Of a DNA stretch of 53,564 nt, positions 1 through 11,165 are shown piece by piece. This DNA is from Octopus bimaculoides (Eukaryota), in NCBI RefSeq assembly GCF_001194135.2, contig NC_068996.1, positions 23,849,096-23,902,659 on the forward strand, read 5' to 3'. Every line of letters begins with the position of its first letter. Positions within the stretch are counted from its first letter, which is position 1. The position numbers were made by a program, and so were the translations under genes. The notes beneath the pieces were generated by a model. The model searched no databases, had not been told where the DNA came from, and saw only the letters and a list, made by a program, of their open reading frames with translations.

Positions 1-37
<37 letters not shown>

Positions 38-42
<5 letters not shown>

Positions 43-195
43 GCTTCTTTCAGTTTCCATCTCCCAAATCCATTCACAAGGTTTTGGTTGGGCTGAGGCT
101 ATAGAAGAAGACACTTGCCCAAAGTGCCGTGCAGTGGGACTGAACCTGGAATCATGTGGTTGGGAAGGAAGCTTCCTAACCACACAGCCACTTGC
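38..195 (-). mobile_element. tRNA-derived SINE family A (CORE-like), head and core fragment
   Basis: Reverse complement of the family-A head (GGCTGTGTGGT A-box, GGTTCAGTCCC B-box, TTGGGCAAGTGTCTTCT core) seen intact at 17702. Confidence 0.85.
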
Positions 196-274
196 TGGGT
201 TTAGAGGAAGGGACAATGCTTATGGCGTTCACAAATCCTCTTAGACCATTGAATACCATTCATGTTCTTCTTAG

Positions 275-366
275 ACCTTTGTGAGCAAGTCAACATCTGT
301 AAGAGAGATATATAATGAGCAGGGAGAAGATTCCAGAGGGCTGATGTTATTGCAAAGAAAGATAAG
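275..366 (+). CDS. Candidate internal exon of an unidentified host gene (TFVSKSTSVREIYNEQGEDSRGLMLLQRKIR)
   Basis: Acceptor ttcatgttcttcttag, donor AAG|gtacat, one open frame, phase 0 to 2. No homology recognised. Confidence 0.25.
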
Positions 367-460
367 GTACATGACTTGAGAGGGGGATACAATAAGGTTG
401 ATGAGAGGAGAGAAGTATAAGTTGAACAGAGATGATTATAGTAGTGGTAGAAAAGGCAGA

Positions 461-505
<45 letters not shown>

Positions 506-828
506 CACAATGCATTTATGGGCCAGAGTTTAGAGTGTGCCATTAGTTGGGTGGCCCTTTTCTAGATATTTGTGTATGCTGCGGAAGTATTACAATCCTA
601 GATGTAAGAGCAATAGACCATTGTGGATCTCTGTGGAATTCTTCAGATTGTCAATAATTGTTAAGTGAAGATAAAAATGAATGTGAGAAATAGGAAAAAA
701 GAAAAAAACATTACACAGATGGATAATATCAAGAATGAAACTGATTTTAAAATACAGGGAATGTAGAATGATAATCAACAAAGATTCTCATCTCATCACG
801 GTTTGAATCTACCAAAAACAGACAATAG

Positions 829-1025
829 TTGATGATGATGATGATGATGACATCAACAAGGAAGACAATTATGACAACAATGATAATGGCAAAGATGATG
901 ATGACAATGATAATAATGACAATGATGATGGTGGTGGTGGTGGTGGTCATGGTGGTAGTGGTAGTGACTATGATGACAATAATGCTGACAATGATGACGA
1001 TGACGACGATGACGATGATGACATA
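829..1025. repeat. Compound trinucleotide microsatellite (GAT/GAC/AAT/GGT)
   Basis: Directly visible imperfect triplet repeats. Confidence 0.9.
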
Positions 1026-1274
1026 CCAGCTGCTTTGGTTGTTTGACACCTTAACTTGGCCTGCAGGTAACACCAATATAGTTTGGTATCTCACAACAGA
1101 GTTGAAATTCTCACTTGTTCTTTGGGGCTCATGAGAAGAGAGTAACCAATGTTCAGTAACAAACAGGAGGTTGTTATTATTATTTTTCAATTTCTACTTG
1201 TGTTTTTGCTTTTGTTTTTCATTCAGGGATCTCATACATGAAAGAAAAGAAATCTTTATTTTTGTTTTGCTATA

Positions 1275-1636
1275 GGTGCAGTGCATGGCTGTGTGGTTGA
1301 GAAGCTTACTTTGAAGTCATGCGTTGCCTTACTGGCATGTGAAAAAACATTCGAGTGAGATCATTGCCAGTGCCGCTGGACTGGCTCCTGTGCTGGTGGC
1401 ACGTAAAAAACACCACTTGAGTGTGACCGTTGCCAGTACCGCCAGACTGACCCTTGTGCTGGTGGCACGTTAAAGCACCCACTACACTCTCGGAGTGGTT
1501 GGCGTTAGGAAGGGCATCCATCTGTAGAAACTCTGCCAGATCAGATTGGAGCCTGGTGTAACCATCTGGTTTGCCAGTCCTCAGTCAAATCGCCCAACCC
1601 ATGCTAGCATGGAAAGTGGACATTAAACGATGATGC
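1275..1636 (+). mobile_element. Degenerate SINE-A head fused to an RTE LINE 3' UTR with (GAT)n tail
   Basis: GGCTGTGTGGT head, then ~65-nt repeat units and GGAGTGGTTGGCGTTAGGAAGGGCATCC...TTAAACGATGATG, the same tail that ends the RTE at 36140. Confidence 0.8.
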
Positions 1637-1765
1637 GACGAAAGCAAGGTACAGAGGTTTATCCTTGGCTAGGTATTTCTCCTGAAGCTGTCTTACCAGA
1701 AATATAGCATCAGTAGTGCTTTTCCCAGGCACGAACCCAAACTGCATCTCATCTAAACTGACATG
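1637..1765 (-). mobile_element. RTE LINE RT fragment (HVSLDEMQFGFVPGKSTTDAIFLVRQLQEKYLAKDKPLYLAFV)
   Basis: Near-identical peptide to the RT of the RTE copy at about 8590-8715. Confidence 0.9.
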
Positions 1766-1904
1766 CTTCCATATACATATGTCATGTACCCATATATGCA
1801 TGTATGCATACATATAGATGTGGGTATGTACATATATGTAGGGATATATGCATGTATTTATATATTATTTATATTATTATTATATATATGTATATACATA
1901 CATA

Positions 1905-2125
1905 TTTGTCTGTGTCTGTGTTTGTCTCCCCCCCCCACCATTGCTTGACAACCGATGTTGGTGTGTTTACATCCCTGTAACTTGGCAGTTCAGCAAAAGA
2001 GACCAATAGAATAAGTACTAGGCTTACAAAGAATAAATCCTGGGGTCGATTTTTTTCAACTGATGGTGGTGCACCAGCATGGCCACAGTCAAATGACTGA
2101 AACAAATTAAAGAATAAAAGAATTT
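1905..2125 (+). mobile_element. SINE family A, 3' half
   Basis: Matches 17900-18102 (GCTTGACAACCGATG...GGCCACAGTCAAATGACTGAAAC). Confidence 0.85.
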
Positions 2126-2131
2126 ATATAT

Positions 2132-2425
2132 GTGAGCGAGATCGTTGCCAGTGCCCCTGGACTGGCTCTTGTGCGAGTGGCACATGGGGTGCACCATTTT
2201 GAGTGTGGCCTTGCCAGTACTGCCTGACTGGCCTCCGTGCGGGTGACACGTAAAAGCACCCACTACACTCTCGGAGTGGTTGGCGTTAGGAAGGGCATCC
2301 AGCTGTAGAAACTCTGCCAAATCAGATTGGAGCCTGGTGTTGCCATCTGGTTTCACCAGTCCTCAGTCAAATCGTCCAACCCATGCTAGCATGGAAAGCA
2401 GACGTTAAACGATGAGGATGATGAT
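2132..2425 (+). mobile_element. RTE LINE 3' UTR/tail, 5'-truncated
   Basis: Same 3' end as 1480-1636 and 35990-36140; GAT tail. Confidence 0.85.
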
Positions 2426-3173
2426 ATATATANNNNNNNNNNNNNNNNNNNNNNNNNNNNNNNNNNNNNNNNNNNNNNNNNNNNNNNNNNNNNNNNNNNN
2501 NNNNNNNNNNNNNNNNNNNNNNNNNNNNNNNNNNNNNNNNNNNNNNNNNNNNNNNNNNNNNNNNNNNNNNNNNNNNNNNNNNNNNNNNNNNNNNNNNNNN
2601 NNNNNNNNNNNNNNNNNNNNNNNNNNNNNNNNNNNNNNNNNNNNNNNNNNNNNNNNNNNNNNNNNNNNNNNNNNNNNNNNNNNNNNNNNNNNNNNNNNNN
2701 NNNNNNNNNNNNNNNNNNNNNNNNNNNNNNNNNNNNNNNNNNNNNNNNNNNNNNNNNNNNNNNNNNNNNNNNNNNNNNNNNNNNNNNNNNNNNNNNNNNN
2801 NNNNNNNNNNNNNNNNNNNNNNNNNNNNNNNNNNNNNNNNNNNNNNNNNNNNNNNNNNNNNNNNNNNNNNNNNNNNNNNNNNNNNNNNNNNNNNNNNNNN
2901 NNNNNNNNNNNNNNNNNNNNNNNNNNNNNNNNNNNNNNNNNNNNNNNNNNNNNNNNNNNNNNNNNNNNNNNNNNNNNNNNNNNNNNNNNNNNNNNNNNNN
3001 NNNNNNNNNNNNNNNNNNNNNNNNNNNNNNNNNNNNNNNNNNNNNNNNNNNNNNNNNNNNNNNNNNNNNNNNNNNNNNNNNNNNNNNNNNNNNNNNNNNN
3101 NNNNNNNNNNNNNNNNNNNNNNNNNNNNNNNNNNNNNNNNNNNNNNNNNNNNNNNNNNNNNNNNNNNNNNNAG

Positions 3174-3236
3174 AGAACGCATTTATCATCTGGCAAGACA
3201 AACGGGAATCTTTTTGTGGCATCAGCAGAAACACAT
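3174..3236 (+). CDS. Candidate exon at a gap edge (ERIYHLARQTGIFLWHQQKH; other frames also open)
   Basis: AG at 3172-3173 next to the N-gap, strong donor AT|gtaaga, composition unlike the flanks. Frame is ambiguous. Confidence 0.3.
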
Positions 3237-3284
3237 GTAAGAGAAATGTTTAACTAATAACATTACCAACATTTGCAAAATAAT

Positions 3285-3323
3285 AAGAATAATAATTATG
3301 ATGAGGATAATAATAATAATAAT

Positions 3324-3378
<55 letters not shown>

Positions 3379-3386
3379 CCACCACC

Positions 3387-3425
<39 letters not shown>

Positions 3426-3465
3426 AATAACAATAATAATAATAATAGTAATAGTAATAATAAAT
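3285..3465. repeat. (AAT)n/(AAC)n microsatellite
   Basis: Directly visible. Confidence 0.95.
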
Positions 3466-3589
3466 TTTAAGTAAATCTGGCACTAACACATAAAACTCCA
3501 TAAATCTTGAAACCAAAGGAATTGCCACTACCATTTATATAAATGATAGAGTAGAATACTTCAAGAGTTACTCAGGAAACTAGAGGATG

Positions 3590-3617
3590 TATGTGTGTGT
3601 AATATATTCATACACAG

Positions 3618-3648
<31 letters not shown>

Positions 3649-4076
3649 TGTATATATACATATGTATGTATATATGTATTTATTCACACACACACATACA
3701 CACATACATACATACGTACATACATACATATATACATACATGCATGCATGCATGCATACAAACATACATACATACGTACACACACACACACACATACATA
3801 CATACAAACATACAAACATACATACACACACATACATACATACATGCATACATACATACATACATACGTACACACACATACATACAAACATACATACATA
3901 CATACATACATACAAACATACATACATACATACATACATGCATACATACATACATACATACGTACACACACACATACATACATACATACATACATGCATG
4001 CATGCATACATACACACATACATACATACATACATACATACATACATACATACATACATACATACATGCATATATA
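3590..4076. repeat. (CA)n/(ATAC)n compound microsatellite
   Basis: Directly visible; explains the HTYI/MYVC pseudo-ORFs. Confidence 0.95.
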
Positions 4077-4889
4077 TTTGAAAGTCTTCATATTTGTAAC
4101 TGTGATATTTCCAGATAAATAATGGATAACCTTGGGAAAATCTAACATTTTGAAAAGTCTCATGTAGTTTAAAATGATTGTATTAAACAATGTTCAACCA
4201 GAACGGATGTAAGACAAAAAATAAATAAATAAATAAATAGTAAAATTAATAAAAATAAAAACAAGCAGGTTTTTAGGGGGGTGTTTTTGTTGTTGTTTGT
4301 TTTCTTTTTTCTTTCTTTTTTTTTTTTTTAGTGAACTGCTGCCAGCAAAGTGACATTCAGGAGGATTTTTGAAATTTCATATTTCTTTTCCTTTTTCCTT
4401 TCATCAAAGAAATTGCTTTATCATATGATCTCACCATGCTCCACATTGCAGAACCTTGTTACTATTGGCAACACAGTTACAGTTTATAAGCTTCCTTTTT
4501 TTTTTCTTTTCTTTTTTTTTTCTTTTTGAAATTTCCAAGTGAATACATAATGCTGATAATGTTACAAAATTGTTCACTTACATCAGAAAGTTCTTATTTT
4601 ATAACCTTAAGCAAGTTACATCTCTTCCTCCATCTTAATGTAAGCTCTTGGGAGACAAAATTTTGCAATCACCTTTTATTCTATATTTATTAAATCTTAA
4701 TTTTTTAGTTATTTATTTTTCCATAAAACAAAACACATTATGAGGGAAAAAAATCACCACACCCATATTTTCTTTAAACAAAAGTTTTAATTTATGTTGC
4801 TGTTATATCTTAGGAGGGCCATTCTGCCAATAAGAAATACATGCACTGGTTCCACTTCACTTCATTTCATTATTATTAATAGTAATATT

Positions 4890-5975
4890 TTAAGGCAGCA
4901 AGCTAGTAGAATTGTTGGCATGCCTCGTAAAATGCTTAGTGCTATTTTGTCTGTCCTTACATTCTGAGTTCAAATTCTGCCTTTCATCCTTTTGGAGTTA
5001 ATAAACTAAGCTCCAATTGATGGCTGGGGTCAATGTAATCGACTTAACCCCTCCCCTGAAATTGCTGGCCTTGTGTCAAAATTTGAAACCATTATTAGTA
5101 GTAATCTTTTTAAGCTGGTGAATTGGCAGAATCATTAGTGCAGTGGACAAAGTGCTTCGCAGTATTTCTTCCAACTTTTTACATTCAAAGTTCAAATTCC
5201 ACTCAGGTCAATTTTGCATTTCACCCTTTCAGGGTTGATAAAATAAAGTACCATTCAAGTATTGGGATCAATGTAATCAATTATCCTCTCCTCAAATGCC
5301 GACCTTGTACCAAAATTTGAAGCAATTATTATTAGTAATTTTTTTTAAGGCAGCGAACTGGCAGAGTTTTTTGTACATCAGGCATTTCTTTTGATGCTTT
5401 ACATTCTGAGTTCAAATCCTGCTGAGGTCAACTTTATCTGTCATTCTTTTAGAGTCAAGTACCAATGAAGTACCATTTAAATATCTTCCACCCAAAATTA
5501 CTGCCCTTGTATCTATCTAAATTGGTTTCAAATTTTGGCACAAGGCCAACAATTTCAAGACAAGCAGTCAATTATATTGAGTTCAATGTTTAGCTGGTAC
5601 TTATTTTATGAATCTCAAAAGGATGGAAAGCAAAGTCAACCTTGGCAGAATTTGTACTCAGAAGATAAACATAGACAAAATGCCACTCAGCATTTTGCTA
5701 GGCATGCTAACAGTTCTGCTAGATCTCCACCTTACTTTGTATCTAAATTAAAAATCATTTAGAGCTACTCTATGTACTGAGTTCAAATCTTACCACAATC
5801 AACTTCATCTGTTATATACTTTTGGGGGTGATAAAATGAAATACCAGTCAAGTACTTTGGGGTTGAGGGTATCAACTTGGCCTCCAACCTCATTGATTTG
5901 CACTAAAATTCATCAGTGCAAGTGACTTTCCCCCTCCCCTCAAACTACTGGCCTTAATTAGAAACCATTGTTATT
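4890..5975. mobile_element. Cluster of five family-C tRNA-derived SINEs (+,+,+,-,+)
   Basis: Repeated ~220-nt unit TAAGGC..GCTGGCAGAAT..GAGTTCAAATTC..GCCTTTCATCCTTT..GATAAA..AAGTACCA..GGCCTTGTG..AAATTTGAAAC. The central block resembles the Deu/Nin SINE domain (from memory). Confidence 0.85.
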
Positions 5976-6085
5976 AGTTATTTAGTTAACCAATTAACCA
6001 GTTAGCTAACTGATTGCTAACTATTAATATTTAATAATTGTTAATATTTTATTTTCAATTATTAATATTTTTTTTTCTCTTTTAG

Positions 6086-6216
6086 TCGTGAGAAAAGGCA
6101 GTACCTATGATCCTATAAGGAGTCCTCCAAAACTGGTGAAATGGGGAGCGAGAGAAAGAAAGGAAGGAAGGCATCCTCAAACTGCTGACCTGGTCAAACC
6201 AAACATCTTTAGCTAA
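6086..6216 (+). CDS. Candidate terminal exon (IREKRQYL* ending 6110, or VRKGSTYDPIRSPPKLVKW...NIFS* ending 6216)
   Basis: Strong acceptor tttttttttctcttttag followed by a GC-richer, purine-rich block. Confidence 0.3.
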
Positions 6217-6294
6217 AGCGTAGAGTCCTCAGCTAAAGACACCCAATGGTTAGATGGATGTGTTAAACTGAGCAACAGATTAAGTGTAATGAAT

Positions 6295-6379
6295 TTTGCC
6301 AAACCACTAAGTTACGGAGACGTAAACACACCAACATCGGTTGTCAAGCGATGGTGGGGGGACAAACACAGACACACAA

Positions 6380-6415
<36 letters not shown>
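6295..6415 (-). mobile_element. SINE family A fragment
   Basis: Reverse complement of the family-A 3' half. Confidence 0.8.
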
Positions 6416-6424
6416 GTATATATA

Positions 6425-7304
6425 CAAGATGCGGTTTATAAGCTGTTGTCTAAATTACACAAGAATGAAAATAACACTGATATCTTGTTTTAACAGATAT
6501 ATTAACCAAAATTACATAAAAGTATCTTGAAATACTAAAGTGTAAATTTATTCAATAAAATCGCCATTGGCTTCAACCACAGCCTCCAGATGACTTCAGA
6601 ACCTCCTGCAACTCTTCTGGATGGTCTCTTTGCTTAAGTTGGTGAATGTGGTCATAATCCTTGCCTTCAGTTCATCTTTGGTGTTACAAGGAGTTTTGTT
6701 GATCTCTCGCTCAACTGTGCTCCACACATAATAATCAAGGGGGTTGCAGTCTGAGGTGTTAGGTGGCCAGATGTCAGGGGTGATGTGGTTGCAGAAATTG
6801 TCTGACAGCCATGACTGGGTTTTCCTACTTGTGTGACATGGTGCAGAGACCTGTTGCCAGACATAGGGTCTTCCAGCAACCACCCAGGGCAGCACTGCCT
6901 TCTCCAGGCACTTGATATAAGTCTCCATGTTGAGTCTCATGCTGTGTGGGAAGATGAATGGAGGCATAACGTTGCCATCATTAGTGGTCACTCCAAACAC
7001 TATGATGTTGACCGAATGTTTGATTTTTATCAGTCTTTGAACATGTCCTCAGACTGCACTATCCTCTGATTAACCTTCAAACATTTTGAAATGTTCATAT
7101 TGGAGCTTCTGGCATGAATGTCAAGCAGTACTGCATGTTGTTTCCAAATTACTGGCAGAGTGAATTGCGTCATGTTGCTGTTTATCTCACAGAGAGTGCC
7201 CAACTGACCCTACCATGCTGTATATTCAACAAAATCAAAAACACACAATGTGCATGCGTGAAATTAAAGATATATAATGGCTACAATATACCCATTGTAC
7301 CCTG
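6425..7304 (-). mobile_element. Internally deleted Tc1/mariner transposon (maT/DD37D-like)
   Basis: Transposase C-terminus 6596-7000 (FGVTTNDGNVMPPFIF...WPPNTSDCNPLDYYVW). N-terminal start MTQFTL.. joined by a deletion. Diverged CAGGG-type TIRs at both ends; TA at the left end. Confidence 0.85.
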
Positions 7305-7317
7305 CATATATATATAT

Positions 7318-9870
7318 ATCTTTGTGGCTGGAGATTTTAATAGGCATGTTGGGCGGGAATCTGGTATCTTCACTGGAGTACACAGGGGCCATGGTATTGG
7401 CACCTGGAACGATGAGGAAACTAGGCTACTGGAGGTCTGTGATGCATGTAACCTTTTAATCTGCAACACTAACTTCAAGAAGCCAGACAGCCACCTGATA
7501 ACATATCAATCAGGGGATTCTGCTAGCCAGATTGATTTCATCCTCACCAGACAGCAGGACACAGGGTTGCTCTTAGATACAAAGACCCTCCCGGGTGAAG
7601 AATGCACTTCTCAGCATAGGCTAGTCATTAGTGACTTTAGATTCAAGGCCAGAAGGATACCAAAAAGCAGACCAATCCAAAAAAAGTAGGATTTGGAAGA
7701 TAAAGAACCCTTCACATGGTCAGAGATTTAGGGACATCCTCATCAAGAAATTTGATGAGAGAGAGGAGGAGCTACAGACATTGGGCATAGAAGGTAGCTG
7801 GAAATTCCTATGGGACAGCTTGCTGAGTGCCACAGATCAAGTCTGTGGATGGTGCAAAGTCCCTTCCAGACCTAGAGTTACGTGGTGGTGGAATAGTATG
7901 GTAGACAAAGCCATTAGAGCAAAGAAACAGGCCTGGATAGCCTGGAAGGGTGGGGGTAGCAGGGAACTGTACCAGGTAGCCAAAAGGGAGGCTGGGTGGC
8001 AGGTATACATAGCCAAGGGCGAAACAGAAAAGAAGTTTGCCAATGTCCAGCGATGTGAGGACTAAAGAACTGAAGTATTTTGGATTGCAAGACAGTGTGT
8101 GAGAGAAAATTGTGATGTCATAGGAGAGAAATGTGTCCACTTGGATGATGGTGCACTTGCTTTTAATGATTCGGAAAAGAAAGAGGCTTGGAGAAGACAT
8201 TATGAAAGACTACTGAACGTGGAGAAAGAATGGAAGGAAGAGAGCCTGCCAAATGTTGAACCAGTAGAGGGACCAGCTATCCGAATAGACAGCTCCTTGG
8301 TAGATAAAGCAATTAAGGGTATGAAGCCATGAAAAGCCCCCGGCCCATCAAGAATCACTACTGAGATGCTTAAAACATCTGGTGGTGTGGGCTATGGCCT
8401 AGTCACCCATATTGTAAACCGGGTAGTTCATGATGGAGTCATACCCTATGACTGGCATAGCAGCACCATAGTCAACTGCTACAAGGGTAAAGGTGATGCT
8501 TTAGATAGAAATAACTACAGGGGTATCAAACTGCTGGATCAGGTGATGAAGGTCACAGAGAGGATCATAGCCCATCTCATTAGGGAGAGAGTTTGCTTAA
8601 ATGAGGTGCAGTTCAGTTTTGTGCCAGGTAGAAACACCACTGATGCTATATTCCTGGTACGGCAACTGCAGGAGAAATACCTAGCCAAAGATAAACCCCT
8701 ATACTTAGCTTTTGTGGACTTGGAGAAAGCCTTTGACAGGGTCCCCCGATCCCTTATCTGGTGGGTGATGTGGAAACTGGAGATTGACGAATGGTTAATA
8801 AAGGCTGTACAAGCCCTATACAGAGAGGTTATTAATAAGGTTAGGGTTGGCAATGAGTATAGTGAAGAATTCCGGGTAGAAGTAGGGATCCACCAAGGAT
8901 CAGCCCTCAGCCCCCTCTTATTCATCATAGTCCTCCAAGCAATAGCAGAGGAATTCAAGACAGGTTGCCCCTAGGAACTCCTCTATGCTGATGACCTGGC
9001 CCTCATAGCAGAATCACTACCAGAACTCGAGAAGAAATTTCAGGTGTGGAAGCAAGGTTTAGAATTGAAGGGTCTTAGAGTCAATGTTGCAAAGACCAAA
9101 GTTCTAGTAAGTAGGAAGGCAAACACATCACACACACCCTCAGGTAGATGGCTCTGCTCAATCTGTAGAAAAGGTATAGGTAGAAACTCCATAAGATGTA
9201 CCCAGTGTAAGCTATAGACACATAAGAGGTGCAGCAACATCAAAGGAAGATTAACGGGAAGATAGCTTTCATGTGCAGCAGATGCACAGGGGCAATGAAC
9301 ACCACAGATGCTCAGAAAACAGATTCCATCACACTCCAGGGAGAGAAACTAGAAGTAGTTTATAGCTTCTGCTACCTAGGTGACCAAGTTAGTAGTGGGG
9401 GTGGATTCTCAGAGAGTGTTACCACTAGAATAAGAATAGCCTGGGCAAAGTGTAGAAAACTTCTACCCCTACTGGTGACAAAGGGCCTCTTGCTCAGAGT
9501 GAAAGGTAGACTGTATGATGCATGTGTGTGAACTGCCATGCTTCACGGCAGTGAAACATGGGCCATGACTGTCGAAGACATGCATAGGCACCAAAGAAAT
9601 GAAGCTAGCATGATCCGTTGGATGTGTAATGTCAGTGTGCACACACAACAGAGTGTAAGTGGTCTGAGAGAAATGTTGGACATAAGAAGCATCGAATGTG
9701 GCGTGCAAGAGAGACTTTGTGCTGGTATGGTCATGTACTACAGATGTAGGAGAAGATCTGTGTGAATAAGTGCCACTCCCAAACAGTTGAAAGAATCCGG
9801 GGTAGAGATAGACCCAAGATGACATGGGATGAGGTGGTCAAGCATGACCTTGAAACGTTGGGCCTCACAA
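7318..9870 (+). pseudogene. RTE-clade LINE ORF2 (APE endonuclease + RT), disrupted, lacking 5' end and 3' UTR
   Basis: APE motifs GDFNRHVG, SQIDFIL, QHRLV. RT motifs NYRGIKLL, AFVDLEKAFDRV, QGSALSPLLF, LYADDL. Stops or frameshifts near 7689, 8065, 8332, 8974 and later. Confidence 0.95.
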
Positions 9871-9875
9871 GTTTT

Positions 9876-10210
9876 AGTATTCTTGTGATTTCATCTCCCT
9901 CCATATGGCCAACTACCCCAGTCCACTGTTGACCATCCAGCGGTATGTCCCCTGCCAGTAGTGCATCATGTTCACTTCACTTTTCCCAGTCGACCATATG
10001 CCATGAATGGCCCTTCCGTAAAAGCCTCAGTCAGCCGGACTTCTATTTTTTCTGCACTTAACTGGTTCTTCTCCTCTATTTGCAGGTATAGTGCTAATGC
10101 TGATCCATCTAGGTACAATGGTATGAAACTCGCTGGGTCATCTATACCATGGAGTTTTGCCACCAACTTAATTTTTTTCAACCAAGCAGCAATGTCTCCC
10201 TTGTCACAAA
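9876..10210 (-). mobile_element. LTR-retrotransposon (Ty3/Gypsy-like) gag fragment
   Basis: GDIAAWLKKIKLVAKLHGIDDPASFIPLYLDGSALALYLQ...FTEGPFMAY, then a deletion into a decayed Zn-knuckle-like stretch (CTTGRGHTA). Confidence 0.7.
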
Positions 10211-10259
10211 ATAACCTGTCTCATTCAAAACGCAGTACATTCCCATCATTCTTTTTTTT

Positions 10260-10542
10260 TGTAAGCAAAAATAGATTATGATGTGAAGGAGGAAAAGATA
10301 GAAGCAGAGAGAGAATTACAGTAGTCTTACCTGTCTATCTGGAAGGGTCACTCACAATGTTCACATGCTCTGTCTGCTGCCGTACCATCTAACAGGTCTG
10401 CTCTCATGTACTGTCCACTGCCAACTGACTACTCATGCCTCATCAACCCTGCATGCCCACCACAGCCCTTCCGGTGGAACCTACAGGCCCCATTTCTGAC
10501 AGGACATGCGTACTCCCTCACTTCCAGTCCTTCCCTACAACA
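10260..10542 (-). mobile_element. Probable 5' LTR of the gag relic
   Basis: TG...CA termini (TGTTGTAGGG...TTGCTTACA) immediately upstream of gag. No clear PBS. Confidence 0.45.
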
Positions 10543-10611
10543 CAGCCTGGCTCACAACACCAAAGAATGTATCCAGGAAATAGATTCATTTAACTGCTCA
10601 GGAGGTTTCTT

Positions 10612-11165
10612 TTAAGTAGTCAATAAATTCTATTACCTAGTTGATCTGATTGGAAACAGGGCTAAATGCACAGAAAGTATGGTTGCCAAGGTAAGAAAGG
10701 GGTGCAAAAAATAGCTGGAGCTACTATCTCAGCTAATAGCAAAGGACTTCACCTTTTGAGTGAAAGGTAGATTGAATGATGTTACAGTGCTATGGTAGGG
10801 AGATCTGGGCACCAAATGTGGAAGATTTGTAAAAGAAAGAAATGGAGTAATTATGATTTACTGGATATTTGATGTAAGAGCGCATAACTGGTAGAGTACA
10901 AATAACCTCAGAGAAAAACTGTGTATAAGAGGGATCAGATGTACTATGCAAGAGAAAAGACTGTGTTGATGTGGGTATGTGGTGGATGATGGGACATGAA
11001 AAAAAACATCAAGAACATTCGGTAAAGTGGCTGGCATTAGGAAGGGCATTTAGTCACAGAAACCAAGCCAAAACAAGCATTGGAGCATAACACCATCCTT
11101 CACTTTGTCAGATCATACTGAATTGTCCAACCATACCAGCATTGAAAATGGGTGTTAAATGATGA
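10612..11165 (+). mobile_element. Older, decayed RTE LINE 3' portion with tail
   Basis: VVNKFYYLVDLIG..VKGRL aligns by eye to RTE 9290-9520; ends in AGGAAGGGCAT...TTAAATGATGA. Confidence 0.75.

Noticed and set aside
611-640. NSTEIHNGL (- strand) resembling NHTEIHNGL at ~17310
   Set aside because: A match this short is expected by chance among six-frame translations of 53 kb, and the flanks do not align.
829-1048. Asp/Asn/Gly-rich frame resembling an acidic biomineralisation protein
   Set aside because: Trinucleotide slippage explains the periodicity; there is no start codon, signal peptide or splice support.
2367-3257. ORFs of 130-385 aa full of X (also 12.4, 14.9, 16.7, 25.2, 47.1 and 52.3 kb)
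   Set aside because: They span N-gaps and are assembly artefacts.
3580-4190. Long ORFs of HTYI/MYVC/CV/YI repeats (also at 13.9, 14.9, 27, 42.7 and 49-50.8 kb)
   Set aside because: These are translations of di- and tetranucleotide microsatellites, open in many frames on both strands.
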